NCBI GenBank assembly: GCA_965205865.1
Contig: CBDBHR010000028.1
Coordinates: 448,001 to 512,000, forward strand
Direction: 5' to 3'
From: a bacterium
Lineage (GTDB): Bacteria > SAR324 > NAC60-12
DNA: 64,000 bases
The notes under the pieces were generated by a model that had not been told where the DNA came from, ran no database searches, and was given only the letters and a program-made list of their open reading frames with translations. Shown here one piece after another: positions 1 through 9,877 of this stretch (positions are counted from its first letter, which is position 1; every line of letters starts with the position of its first letter). The position numbers and the translations under genes are program-made.

Positions 1-208
1 TCCAATGGAATTTGTTGTCAGAGTAATGGCTGCTGTTTTCCAATTGAGTGAACCGCAAGCAGTTGAGTTTATGTTATACGTCCATTTCCATGGTGTCGGC
101 GTATGCGGAATTTATAGTTACGAAATAGCGGAGAGTAAAATCAATCAGGTCCATGAAATGGCAGAAAAGAAAAATTATCCTCTCTTGTGCAGCATGGAAG
201 AAGCTTAA
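1..208 (+). CDS. clpS: Clp protease adaptor ClpS, 5'-truncated by window edge
   Basis: PMEFVV..VF..A..ML.VH..G.GVCG.Y.YEIAE.K...YPL.C.ME is the ClpS core. Confidence 0.92.
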   Translation, partial: PMEFVVRVMAAVFQLSEPQAVEFMLYVHFHGVGVCGIYSYEIAESKINQVHEMAEKKNYPLLCSMEEA

Positions 209-226
209 ATGCTCCTCCTCTTGAAA

Positions 227-601
227 TCATTCAATTGATTTCATTCCAAGTTCTTTCGCCGAAACCTTTGCCGCGACCTGAAACAACGCTTTGGGGAATT
301 CCGCATGATGGATTTTGCCATCTTGAATCCATTCCGTCTCTTCAAAAGTGAAGCCGTGGAAACTCACTCTTTGAAAATCATACCAAACCCCATGCCGTTG
401 ATGCTGTAATTTGTCAGCAACGAAACAAGTTCCTGTTTCATCCCGAAAACCAATTTTTTTATTCGCGATAACCTCTGCTTTGCTAGTTTTGCGAAAATAT
501 AAACGAAAATCGAACTTTCCCCACAAGAAATACACCAAGGGTATTGATGTATCTTTATCAAAAATGAAATAACTGTTGTTTTCAATTTCGTATTTGTTCA
601 C
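227..601 (-). CDS. hypothetical protein (124 aa)
   Basis: Open ORF with AAGGAG upstream on the minus strand; no family recognised. Confidence 0.55.
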   Translation of the reverse strand: MNKYEIENNSYFIFDKDTSIPLVYFLWGKFDFRLYFRKTSKAEVIANKKIGFRDETGTCFVADKLQHQRHGVWYDFQRVSFHGFTFEETEWIQDGKIHHAEFPKALFQVAAKVSAKELGMKSIE

Positions 602-985
602 AGTGCATACTCCTTCACAGCGTAATTTTTCCAGAAGACATAATCAATGATGCAATTTCTATCAATAAAAGAGGTTTTCATGAGTGTCAAGTTCAGAAGA
701 AATCCGAGTAGGCTTGTAATGTCTTTTCCACACTAATTTTAACCGTAGTCAGCAGTTGTCCGGTCAAAAAGGATATGGAGAAAACGCGCCCGACTGTAAT
801 ACTTCCATTTCACAAAATGAGGAACTCGGGCAACTGCTCAATTCTCTTCAAATCTTGTGTAGGAATTCTCGACTCGTCTGCAATTTCTATATCTTTGTCC
901 TTTTTTCATCAATGTGTCAGGATCAGATCCTTGTTGAATTCAACTTCCCACACAAAACATTATTTCCTGATTCTCGAGATACGCT

Positions 986-1630
986 ATGATTAAAGCAATT
1001 TTTTGTGATTTTGGAGGGGTATTGACGACCAGCCCTTTCGTCGCCTTCAACCGTTACGAAGCGGAACACGAAATTCTTCAAGATACTATTCGGAAGATAA
1101 ATGCCACCAATCCGGATCAGAATGCATGGGCGCGTTTTGAACGCAGTGAAATCAACTTGGATGCCTTTGACCAGGAATTTGCGGCCGAAGCCAAACAGCT
1201 CGGTTATACTATTCCGGGACGCGACGTTATTGCCTTACTGTCCGGCGAGTTGATTCCTGAAATGGTGGAGGCGCTGCACCACTGGGGAAAGTACTTCAAA
1301 ACTGCCTGCTTGACCAACAATGTCCAAGCCGAAGATGGACCTGCCGTGCATTTTTCGATTAAACAGATAGAGAAAATCAATCAAGTGATGGCACAGTTTG
1401 ACTTTGTCATCGAATCAAGAAAAATTGGTCTCCGTAAACCAGATCCAAAATTTTACAAAATCGCTTGCCAAAAAGTGGAGGTGGAGCCGGTTGAAGTCGT
1501 CTTTCTCGATGACTTGGGAATCAATCTGAGACCCGCACGGGCCATGGGTATGAAAACAATCAAAGTTCTGCATCCCCGCCAGGCCCTTGAAGAACTGCAA
1601 TCATTTCTCAATTTTCCTCCAAGGGTATAA
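986..1630 (+). CDS. HAD-IA family hydrolase (epoxide hydrolase N-terminal/ACAD10-like)
   Basis: DFGGVL motif I, LTNN, RKPDP.FY, FLDDLG.NL..A..MGM.TI. Confidence 0.9.
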   Translation: MIKAIFCDFGGVLTTSPFVAFNRYEAEHEILQDTIRKINATNPDQNAWARFERSEINLDAFDQEFAAEAKQLGYTIPGRDVIALLSGELIPEMVEALHHWGKYFKTACLTNNVQAEDGPAVHFSIKQIEKINQVMAQFDFVIESRKIGLRKPDPKFYKIACQKVEVEPVEVVFLDDLGINLRPARAMGMKTIKVLHPRQALEELQSFLNFPPRV

Positions 1631-1827
1631 CACCCGATTCCCCACAGAATCTTGTAAAAACATTGCGGAAAATAAAAACAGAAGTGGTCTCGCGCCCATG
1701 TGACAGTGTTCTTTCCAGATTCGTAATCAAGACGAGAGTTGATCATTGCTTAAAATTGCTTTAAAACCTTGGAAACGCACCGTTTTTAAAGCAACGGATA
1801 AACCAATCACAAACGGTAAAAGGGAAT

Positions 1828-3012
1828 ATGGGTGAAGTTTTGGAAGGCATCCGGGTATTGGATTTCGGGCGCTATATCGCCGGTCCATTTTGCGCAACCT
1901 TGTTGGGAGATTTTGGCGCTGAAGTGATTCGCATCGAAAAAGTGAGAGGCAGTGAAGATCGCTATGTTTCTCCCATCAACGACGCCGGAGAAGGATCATT
2001 ATTCATGCAAATGGGTCGCAACAAACTGGGAATGACCCTCAACCCCATGAAAGCGGAAGGACGTGAAATCGTAAAAAAACTGGTGAGCACTGCCGATGTC
2101 GTAGTCGCCAATCTTCCTCCCGACACACTGGTCACAATGGGATTGGATTATGAAAGTTTGAAGGCCAGCAAAGCGGATATCATATTGACCACAGTCTCTG
2201 CTTTTGGCTCCGGTGGTCCCTACAGCAATCGGGTGGGATTCGACGGATTGGGGCAAGCCATGTCGGGTCAAATGCACCTGACTGGTCCGGCCAGTCAACC
2301 TGTCAAATCATTTTCCCCTTATGTCGATTACGGCACTGCCTCCCTGTGCGCGTTCGGTACCTTGGCCGCGTTGATGGAACGCCAAAAAACGGGAAAAGGA
2401 CAGGTCGTGGAAGGTGCACTGCTCACCACTGCCCTCTCGTTCAACAACAGTATGTTGATCGAACAAAGTGTTATTCAGGCAAATCGTGTTGGCACGATGA
2501 ACCGTTCGCAGAATTCGGCGCCTGCGGATACCTTTAAAACCAAAGATGGCTGGGTGCTCATCCATACCGTGGGACAACCTTTGTTTGAGCGCTGGGTTCG
2601 ATTGATGGGAGAAAATCACTGGCTTGAGGACCCGCGTATGCAGGATGATCAGTCCCGTGGTGATCATGGCGAAGTGATCAGCGAAAGGTTGGCTGACTGG
2701 TGTGCAGAAAGGACCACGGATGACGTCCTACATATCTTCGAGGAAGCACGCTTGCCGGCCGGTCCTATACTCACTCCTCAGCAAACACTGGAGGATCCGC
2801 ATGTCCTTGCAAAAAATCTTTTCAAGAAATTAGACTATCCCGGACTAGCAAGTCCCGCTCCGGTAATGGACACCCCTGTCCGCCTTTCAGAAACCCCCGG
2901 ATCCATCCGCAGACGGTCTCCTATCCTCGGAGAACACACGAACCTCCTTCTCGGCGAACTGGGTTACACAGTGGCAGAAATCAATGACCTACGCCAAAAA
3001 AGAGTAGTCTGA
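1828..3012 (+). CDS. family III CoA-transferase (CaiB/BaiF)
   Basis: LEGIRVLDF..IAGPF...LLGDFGAEVIRIE, RNK, ADVVVAN, GFD, C-terminal P.LGEHT. Confidence 0.93.
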   Translation: MGEVLEGIRVLDFGRYIAGPFCATLLGDFGAEVIRIEKVRGSEDRYVSPINDAGEGSLFMQMGRNKLGMTLNPMKAEGREIVKKLVSTADVVVANLPPDTLVTMGLDYESLKASKADIILTTVSAFGSGGPYSNRVGFDGLGQAMSGQMHLTGPASQPVKSFSPYVDYGTASLCAFGTLAALMERQKTGKGQVVEGALLTTALSFNNSMLIEQSVIQANRVGTMNRSQNSAPADTFKTKDGWVLIHTVGQPLFERWVRLMGENHWLEDPRMQDDQSRGDHGEVISERLADWCAERTTDDVLHIFEEARLPAGPILTPQQTLEDPHVLAKNLFKKLDYPGLASPAPVMDTPVRLSETPGSIRRRSPILGEHTNLLLGELGYTVAEINDLRQKRVV

Positions 3013-3039
3013 AATCGGATCAAAATTAGGGAGAACCAT

Positions 3040-3870
3040 ATGGAATTCAGCGGCTCGGAAAAGTACTATCTCAATCCTGAGATAGGGATGATCGTCAATA
3101 TGGCGGTACGGATGGAAAAGCCTCTGTTACTGACCGGGGAACCAGGTACCGGCAAAACCCAACTTGCTTTTGAAGTCAGTCAAGCCCTGAACATGCCGAT
3201 TGAAGTACTACGCGCCAAGTCCACGATCAAAGGGGAAGAAGTTTGCTACACGCAAGACACCGTGTTGCGTTTAAACGATGCGCGGTTCGGAGCAGGTGGG
3301 AGCCAACGCAATGTCAATGAATTTTATGATTATGTGATCTGGGGACCCATTGGTCGAGCCTTTCGCAGTGAAGTCCGCGTGGTCTTACTGCTCGATGAAA
3401 TCGATAAGACTGAATCCGATGTTCAAGACAATCTCTTGGATGTCTTGGAAGACTGCGAATTCACCATTCGCGAGGTCAATCATGTAATCAAAGCCAAACT
3501 CCGTCCCGTGATCGTCATCACATCCAATGCCAAACGTGAGTTGTCGGATCCTTTTTTGCGTCGCTGTTTTTGCCATCACATTGCTTTTCCTAAGCCGGAT
3601 GAAATGGAGCAAATCATCAGGCTTCATTTCCCGGATGTCTTGCAAGGTCTGCTGGAAGCGGCATTGAAGATTTTCTATGAATTGCGCGAACGAGGTTATG
3701 AAAAGCCTCCTGCAACGGGGGAATTATTGAATTGGATTGAAGCCTTGCAGATTTCCGGAGAATTTCCCCAAGATGCCAACAACGCTCCTTACTTGGGAAC
3801 ATTGCTCAAACGTACCAATGATATTCTGGGCTACCGCAATGCGGGAAATTTTCAACAAAAACGATGGTGA
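3040..3870 (+). CDS. MoxR family AAA+ ATPase (CoxD-like)
   Basis: Walker A GEPGTGKT, Walker B LLLDEIDK, ITSN..RELSDPFLRRC. Confidence 0.92.
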   Translation: MEFSGSEKYYLNPEIGMIVNMAVRMEKPLLLTGEPGTGKTQLAFEVSQALNMPIEVLRAKSTIKGEEVCYTQDTVLRLNDARFGAGGSQRNVNEFYDYVIWGPIGRAFRSEVRVVLLLDEIDKTESDVQDNLLDVLEDCEFTIREVNHVIKAKLRPVIVITSNAKRELSDPFLRRCFCHHIAFPKPDEMEQIIRLHFPDVLQGLLEAALKIFYELRERGYEKPPATGELLNWIEALQISGEFPQDANNAPYLGTLLKRTNDILGYRNAGNFQQKRW

Positions 3871-3893
3871 TCCCTTAAACGAAGAATTAAACC

Positions 3894-5087
3894 ATGCTCA
3901 CTGTTTTTTGTAATTTACTACGAGACTATGGAATTCCAATTTCCCTGCATGAAGTGATGGATTTTCATCAGGGTCTGGAAAAGGGATTAGTCAATGATCT
4001 GGACGAACTTTACCTGTATGCGCGTCTCTCCATGGTCAAACGGGTCGAACATATGGATTTATTCCAACGAGCCTTTGCTTTTTATTTTTATGGCGTGGAC
4101 TTACCCGCTGTTGGAGAAGACGATCCGGAAATATTCAAAACATCACAATTCCAGGAATGGTTACGGAATGCCATTCAAAACGGAGAAATTCCAAGGAATG
4201 CATATTGGAATGTGCCGGCCGAAGAATTGATGAAAAAATTTTGGGCCACGGTCAAAGAACAAATGAAGGCACATCATGGCGGCAATAAATGGGTCGGTAC
4301 CGGGGGAACTTCTCCCTTCGGCCATTCCGGATTTGCTGAGCGCGGAATCCGGGTTTTCGGTTCTTCAGGAGATCACTCGGCCATCAAGGTCATTGGAGAT
4401 CGCAATTATATCAATTACTCGGCCGATCAAACTCTGAGCGGCGACAACATACGCCAGGCTTTGGAAAGCCTTAAATATTTGAGAAAAACCGGTGCGGAAG
4501 ATGAATTGGATCTTGATGAAACCATCTACCGCACTGCGCGCAATGGTGGAGAAATCGACCTGATTTTTCACTGTGAATTGAAGGACAAAATCAAAGTGGT
4601 GCTCTTGATCGATAATGGTGGATACTCCATGACCCCGTATGTCGACGTCACTCGTTTGCTCTTTTCCAAAATGCATGCGCGTTTTCAGGAGTTCACTACG
4701 TATTATTTTCATAACACCATTTACAATCGAGTCTATCAGGACCCTCGACGAACCAAACCTTTTCAGACAAATGATCTGATAAAAAAACCGAGAAGCACTC
4801 GAATCATTATTTTGGGCGATGCCAGCATGGCCCCCGAAGAACTGCTGCAACCTCATGGATCCATCTATATTGATGACCATCAACCTCTTTCAAGCTTGGA
4901 TTGGCTCAAGAAATTAAAAATACGTTTCCCATACATCGTCTGGTTGAATCCTATTCCTCGTCATGAATGGAATTACGGTGTCCGGACTTTGGACAAAATT
5001 CGGGAACTCTTTCATATGGAAGAATTAACGCTTCGCGGCATCAAGCAAATGGTCGACTTTCTGAATGCCCGATCCGCCGTGGATTAA
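3894..5087 (+). CDS. VWA-domain CoxE-like protein, MoxR partner
   Basis: H.GGNKWVGTGGTSPFGHSG, LLIDNGGYSM, YYFHN, GDASMAP.EL, VWLNP; adjacent to MoxR. Confidence 0.88.
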   Translation: MLTVFCNLLRDYGIPISLHEVMDFHQGLEKGLVNDLDELYLYARLSMVKRVEHMDLFQRAFAFYFYGVDLPAVGEDDPEIFKTSQFQEWLRNAIQNGEIPRNAYWNVPAEELMKKFWATVKEQMKAHHGGNKWVGTGGTSPFGHSGFAERGIRVFGSSGDHSAIKVIGDRNYINYSADQTLSGDNIRQALESLKYLRKTGAEDELDLDETIYRTARNGGEIDLIFHCELKDKIKVVLLIDNGGYSMTPYVDVTRLLFSKMHARFQEFTTYYFHNTIYNRVYQDPRRTKPFQTNDLIKKPRSTRIIILGDASMAPEELLQPHGSIYIDDHQPLSSLDWLKKLKIRFPYIVWLNPIPRHEWNYGVRTLDKIRELFHMEELTLRGIKQMVDFLNARSAVD

Positions 5088-5107
5088 ACTGGTTTTATGG
5101 AGTTCCT

Positions 5108-5991
5108 ATGATTTCCAGCGAAGAACGTTTTTCCAAAAAACAAGCATCGATTCTCGGTTCTCAAATAAGCTATGTGGAGGAGGGGAGCGGGGACCCCATT
5201 GTTTTCCTGCATGGCAATCCGACCTCTTCCTATCTCTGGCGTAACGTCATCCCGTTTGCCCTGAACCTCGGGCACTGCATTGCTCCGGACCTGATTGGCA
5301 TGGGCGACTCGCAAAAACTGGCAAACAGCGGACCGTCTTCTTATACGTTGAGGGAACACCGGCGATACCTCGATACCTTGCTCGCCTATCTGGAAGTAAA
5401 CGAAAACGTCACTTTCGTGGTCCACGATTGGGGCTCTGCTCTCGGCTTTGACTGGGCCAATCGTCATCGTGAGCAGGTCAAGGGCCTGGTTTATATGGAA
5501 TCGCTCGTTTATCCCCTTGAATGGGAGGACTGGCCGGAAGTGGCCCGCAATGTATTCCAGGGATTTCGTTCCCCGGGGGGGGAGAGTATGATTTTAGAAA
5601 AAATTTTTTTGTGGAGAAAGTGCTCCCCCGTTCGGTGATGCGTGAACTCACTGAAACGGAAATGGTGGTCTACCGTCGTCCCTATCTGCAAGCGGGAGAA
5701 AGTCGCCGTCCTACTTTGACTTGGCCCCGTCAAATCCCCATTGCAAAAAAACCTGAAGACGTCGCGGCCATTGTTACGGATTACGGCAAATGGTTGTCTT
5801 GCTGCCAAGTTCCCAAATTATTCATCAATGCGCACCCGGGAATGATTCTGGTGGGTCAGCAACGTGAATTTTGTCGACTCTGGCCAAATCAAAAAGAAAT
5901 AACGGTCAAAGGGTTGCACTTCATTCAGGAAGATTCGCCCGCTGAAATTGGCGCAGCCCTGGCTGATTTTCTGAAAAAGATAAGCACTTGA
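5108..5991 (+). pseudogene. haloalkane dehalogenase (HLD-II, LinB/DhaA-like), frameshifted near 5600; possibly a sequencing error
   Basis: FLHGNPTSSYLWRN, VVHDWGSALGF and YME in the first frame; RRPTLTWPRQIP and GLHFIQEDSP in the second; break at an A/T homopolymer (one extra A restores LEKNFFVE). Confidence 0.9.
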
Positions 5992-6051
5992 ACCAATCGC
6001 TGTTTCAGAAAAATAAAGACCCTGTATTATCCTCAATCACAAAAAAATCCT

Positions 6052-6648
6052 ATGCAACTCGTCGAAGATATCCTCCATTTCTGGTTTGGTGATTTGCAGA
6101 CAGACGATCAAATATCTGAGGCCAAACATCGAATTTGGTTCAATAAAAATGATGAAATCGATCAGGCGTGCAGCCGGTTCGAAGCCGAACTCCTCAAAGT
6201 AGCCCAAGGCGACACGGAAACCTGGAAAACTTCTCCCAGAGGCATTCTGGCTTTGATCATCCTCCTGGATCAATTCTCCAGAAATATCTACCGCAACTCT
6301 CCCAAGGCATTTGCTCAGGATCCACAGGCGTTGGCATTGTCCCTGAAAGCGGTGGAGACTGGAGTGGATGCTGCCCTGCGACCAATCGAGCGCATCTTTC
6401 TTTACATGCCGCAGATGCATTCAGAAAAGTTGGCACACCAGAAACAAAGTATCCGACTTTTTGAAAACTTGCTGGAAACGGCACCCCTGAACTTGAAGGA
6501 GATCATGAAAGCATCGTTGGATGCGGCGCATCGTCATTGTGAAATCATTGAGCGCTTCGACCGCTTTCCTCATCGCAACGAAATCCTGGCACGTCCCAAC
6601 ACCCCAGAGGAAGAAGCATTTCTCACACAACCAGGGTACCGTTTTTAG
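6052..6648 (+). CDS. DUF924 family protein
   Basis: ILHFWFG, LALIILLDQFSRNIYR, ER.FLYMP.MHSE, RF.RFPHRN.IL.R..TPEE..FL. Confidence 0.92.
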   Translation: MQLVEDILHFWFGDLQTDDQISEAKHRIWFNKNDEIDQACSRFEAELLKVAQGDTETWKTSPRGILALIILLDQFSRNIYRNSPKAFAQDPQALALSLKAVETGVDAALRPIERIFLYMPQMHSEKLAHQKQSIRLFENLLETAPLNLKEIMKASLDAAHRHCEIIERFDRFPHRNEILARPNTPEEEAFLTQPGYRF

Positions 6649-6745
6649 CACCAGAACCCATGAAGAAGGACAAGCCAAAGCTCTGGCACAGGGCCCCTTT
6701 TTTAGTACCAGAACGCGTGAAGAAGCACAAACCAAAGCCCTGGTA
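6643..6745 (+). repeat. imperfect 57-bp tandem duplication
   Basis: TTTTAGCACCAGAACCCATGAAGAAGGACAAGCCAAAGCTCTGG at 6643 vs TTTTAGTACCAGAACGCGTGAAGAAGCACAAACCAAAGCCCTGG at 6700. Confidence 0.8.
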
Positions 6746-6890
6746 TTTATACCATTGAAATGCGCAGGACGGTTATGCAGGCTCACCCAAACGAAAAATT
6801 CACATCAAACCCTTCGATCCCTGTTTACTACGGGGCGCTTATCTGGCAGGCGGTTCGGATTGGAAGACTCCGGATACCCCCTAAAATTCA

Positions 6891-7166
6891 GTGCTGGGTC
6901 TCATCCTCTATGCCTCCCCCTTTACCCAATCCGACCAGAATTATTACACGTTCTTTGATCGATACGATACGGAAGCGCTCGGTCGACGGAAGATGGTGAG
7001 CGTGGAGCGACTTGTCGACTTTGATCGCGCGTGCTGGCAGCTGGAACGCAATTGCCTGGGAATGTCAGCGGCAGCAATAGATGGCACGATTGAAAAAATC
7101 CTCAGCTGGCATTATCGAGAAATTGCAGAATCGGCGATACGCCGCCTCGCGACTGGCCTTGAATGA
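6891..7166 (+). CDS. hypothetical protein or gene fragment (91 aa)
   Basis: Protein-like composition, weak start, no family recognised. Confidence 0.3.
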   Translation: MLGLILYASPFTQSDQNYYTFFDRYDTEALGRRKMVSVERLVDFDRACWQLERNCLGMSAAAIDGTIEKILSWHYREIAESAIRRLATGLE

Positions 7167-7201
7167 TCCCCATTGCAGTTTTATCTTTTCCCGGAGTTCC
7201 A

Positions 7202-8182
7202 TTATCCCTCTTTATTCAGAAATTCTTGTAAGATCGGCAGCACTTTGGGTACCCGGTGTCGGCTCATAGGGAGAGCGTCTACCTGATCTCCCATAAAAAT
7301 CCGGTAAGACCTGGCCGATTGTTCGAGATGAGAAACATGGGCCAAGTTGATCACATGGGAGCGATGAATCTGTATAAAAGTACTCGCAGGCAATTGTCTG
7401 AGCGCCTCTTTAAGGGAAATACGCACTTCGATCTCTTCCAAAGCCTGGTCCGTTTTTACAAATATGCGGGAATAATGCTCTTCTACACTAATGTGGCTGA
7501 TAGCTCCCGGCTCCAGGGTGTCCGCCCCATTGCTTCCCGGAATCCTGAACGATTGAGGTTCCGACTCGGAGGTTGAAAAAGATCGAGATGCTTGTTGAGA
7601 AGATATAGATTTACTTCTCCCAAGCGTCGCAGTTGCAAATTCACTGTTTCTTTGCTCCAGAAGCCGGTTGATCTGCCTGGCCTGCTCCAGGCTACCTGCC
7701 AGATTCTTCTTGATTTCCATCTGAAACACGACAAAGGCGATAAAAAACCACAGTGGCAGGATTTTCAAAAAAAGCCCCCATGTTCCGATTTCCTCATTGA
7801 CCTTTGCATATTCGGGGTAAACCTGCGGGACCAGCATGCCGCTCACCATGATGAACACCCCATATCCCGCCAGAAAATTGACGAATGTTAAGGGCCATTG
7901 CTGTCCTATCTTCCTTTTTCCTGAATACCGCTTTCCCCTGGAGATGAAAAAAATTGAGACTTCACCTAAAAGCCACTGGCTCCCTCCAAAACTCGCGGCA
8001 ACGATTCCCCAGGAATAAAAGATACTGAAGGAAAAAGAGAAGCTGGGATTGAACTGCAGGACTACCATGAGGACCACCCCAATCAGCAGGGTGACTTTGA
8101 AATTGAGGCGCAAGCGTTTCTGAAAATCGTAAACAAGTATGGGAGTGTCCCAGTACTCACGAAATGCGTTGATGATTGCCAT
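7202..8182 (-). CDS. membrane-anchored LytTR family transcriptional regulator
   Basis: About four hydrophobic N-terminal segments; C-terminal LytTR signature I.HI.VEEHY...SLKE...LP...FIQIHRSHVINL.HV...LPMSR; no receiver domain. Confidence 0.9.
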   Translation of the reverse strand: MAIINAFREYWDTPILVYDFQKRLRLNFKVTLLIGVVLMVVLQFNPSFSFSFSIFYSWGIVAASFGGSQWLLGEVSIFFISRGKRYSGKRKIGQQWPLTFVNFLAGYGVFIMVSGMLVPQVYPEYAKVNEEIGTWGLFLKILPLWFFIAFVVFQMEIKKNLAGSLEQARQINRLLEQRNSEFATATLGRSKSISSQQASRSFSTSESEPQSFRIPGSNGADTLEPGAISHISVEEHYSRIFVKTDQALEEIEVRISLKEALRQLPASTFIQIHRSHVINLAHVSHLEQSARSYRIFMGDQVDALPMSRHRVPKVLPILQEFLNKEG

Positions 8183-8264
8183 AAAATTTTCTGAGGATTT
8201 GGTGTTTTTAGTTGAAAAAACATATCAACTTTTTTCGGAGTTTCCAATGGATATTCGACTCTGC

Positions 8265-8390
8265 CCATTCATGAAATCAAGAAAAATGTTTTAATATCAA
8301 TTATTTTCCTGCCCTTCTACCCATTCAAGACAAGTTTTATCCGCTTCATGGGGATTGCCCATTGACGACAGGGTCCGACCACTCGTGACA
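8265..8390. promoter_or_regulatory. candidate LytTR operator direct repeats in the divergent promoter region
   Basis: CCATTCATGAAA (8265), CCATTCAAGACA (8321), CCATTGACGACA (8359), CCACTCGTGACA (8379); weaker CGCTTCATGG at 8342, 21 bp after 8321. Confidence 0.55.
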
Positions 8391-8485
8391 TTTCTCTTGT
8401 CAGCTATTTCTTCCGTCGTTAGGGTGATGACGGTATCGAATTTCTCGGTAAATTTTTTCAAAAACTTTATCACGGAGTAGCGAAC

Positions 8486-9166
8486 ATGGCCGTCGTCAAA
8501 TTGAATAACGTACACAAAGGCTATCCTCTGGGAAAGACCCGAGTCATGGCACTACGGGGGGTTTCCCTGGAAGTTGGGGTCGGAGAGTTTCTGGCTATCG
8601 GTGGTCCAAGCGGAAGTGGCAAATCGACGTTATTGAACCTCATCGGCGCCCTCGACCTGCCGGACCGGGGAACGGTTGAAATCGCAGACAGGAATCTGGG
8701 AAATCTGGGAGACGACGAATTGTCGAGACTGCGGGTGCAGCAGCTGGGGTTCATTTTTCAATCATTCAACCTTATTCCCGTACTCACTACTCTGGAGAAC
8801 GTTGAATACCCCCTCCTTCTGGCGCGAACGTCCCATGCCAGAGAACGGGCGTCGGAAGCTTTGTGGCACGTGGGTTTGCAGGATTTTGCCAGACACCGTC
8901 CCAATGAACTTTCCGGAGGACAGCAACAACGCGTCGCTATCGCACGGGCTCTCGTGGGAAAACCTTCTCTTATCCTGGCCGACGAACCAACGGCTAATCT
9001 GGACTCGAAAACCTCGCAGGAAATCATTCATCTGATGTTACGGATCAATGCGGAGGACGGCGTTACTTTTATCTTTGCCACCCACGATTCCCTGATCATG
9101 CGTCATGCCCATCGATTGGTGAGTCTGAAAGACGGGGTAGTGGCGAAAGAAATCAAGAAAAAATAG
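8486..9166 (+). CDS. ABC transporter ATP-binding protein (LolD/MacB-like)
   Basis: [48 protein letters not shown]. Confidence 0.95.
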   Translation: MAVVKLNNVHKGYPLGKTRVMALRGVSLEVGVGEFLAIGGPSGSGKSTLLNLIGALDLPDRGTVEIADRNLGNLGDDELSRLRVQQLGFIFQSFNLIPVLTTLENVEYPLLLARTSHARERASEALWHVGLQDFARHRPNELSGGQQQRVAIARALVGKPSLILADEPTANLDSKTSQEIIHLMLRINAEDGVTFIFATHDSLIMRHAHRLVSLKDGVVAKEIKKK

Positions 9167-9179
9167 AAAAGGAGATAAG

Positions 9180-9854
9180 ATGAAAAAAGTCTTTTTTTTC
9201 TGGAGCAACTTGCTTTTCTTCGTTGCTCTCCCGCATGCCATGGAATTGACGACGTTGACGACTCCGGGGGCTGAGCGAGATCGACTGGAACAAAAATTTC
9301 TGTCCCAGTTGAATTCCGGTCAGACCTCTGTGCAGGCTTCGCGCGCACTGGGCATTATCTACCATATGAAGGCCGTGGAGGGGCCGGACAATATTCAATT
9401 TATTCAAGAGTCTCACTCCCTGCTGAAAAAAGCGTACGCCAAAGACAAAACCCACGCAATCACAAAAGCCTACTTGGGAAGCATCACTACTATGATGGCC
9501 ATTACCGTGGAGGGAGGTTTGCAAAAAATGAAATTTGTTAATCGGGGAACACGTCTCTTGGATAAAGTGGTTAGAGATTACCCTGACAATATCGAAGTGC
9601 GTATATTGAGGGGCAGAAACTCCCTGAATTTGCCGAAAATTTTTAATCGTGCGCGCATTGCTGTACAGGATTTCAACCACATTTTGAAATTAACAAAAAA
9701 TTCTTCTGTAGAATTCAAAGCGCGACTCCATTTCAATCTGGGCCAAGCAAATGAACTGAATGAAGCCTTCGAAAAAGCGGCTGCTCATTGGAAACAAGTC
9801 ATCCGCTTGGCGCCGGATTCTCCTGAAGCACTGCAAGCCCGGAAAAAAATTTGA
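9180..9854 (+). CDS. secreted TPR-like protein
   Basis: Signal-like N-terminus, helical TPR pattern (LGQA..L.E.FEKAA.HW..VI.LAPDS), AGGAG SD. Confidence 0.75.
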   Translation: MKKVFFFWSNLLFFVALPHAMELTTLTTPGAERDRLEQKFLSQLNSGQTSVQASRALGIIYHMKAVEGPDNIQFIQESHSLLKKAYAKDKTHAITKAYLGSITTMMAITVEGGLQKMKFVNRGTRLLDKVVRDYPDNIEVRILRGRNSLNLPKIFNRARIAVQDFNHILKLTKNSSVEFKARLHFNLGQANELNEAFEKAAAHWKQVIRLAPDSPEALQARKKI

Positions 9855-9877
9855 ATGCAATCTTCAATCGGAGAAGA

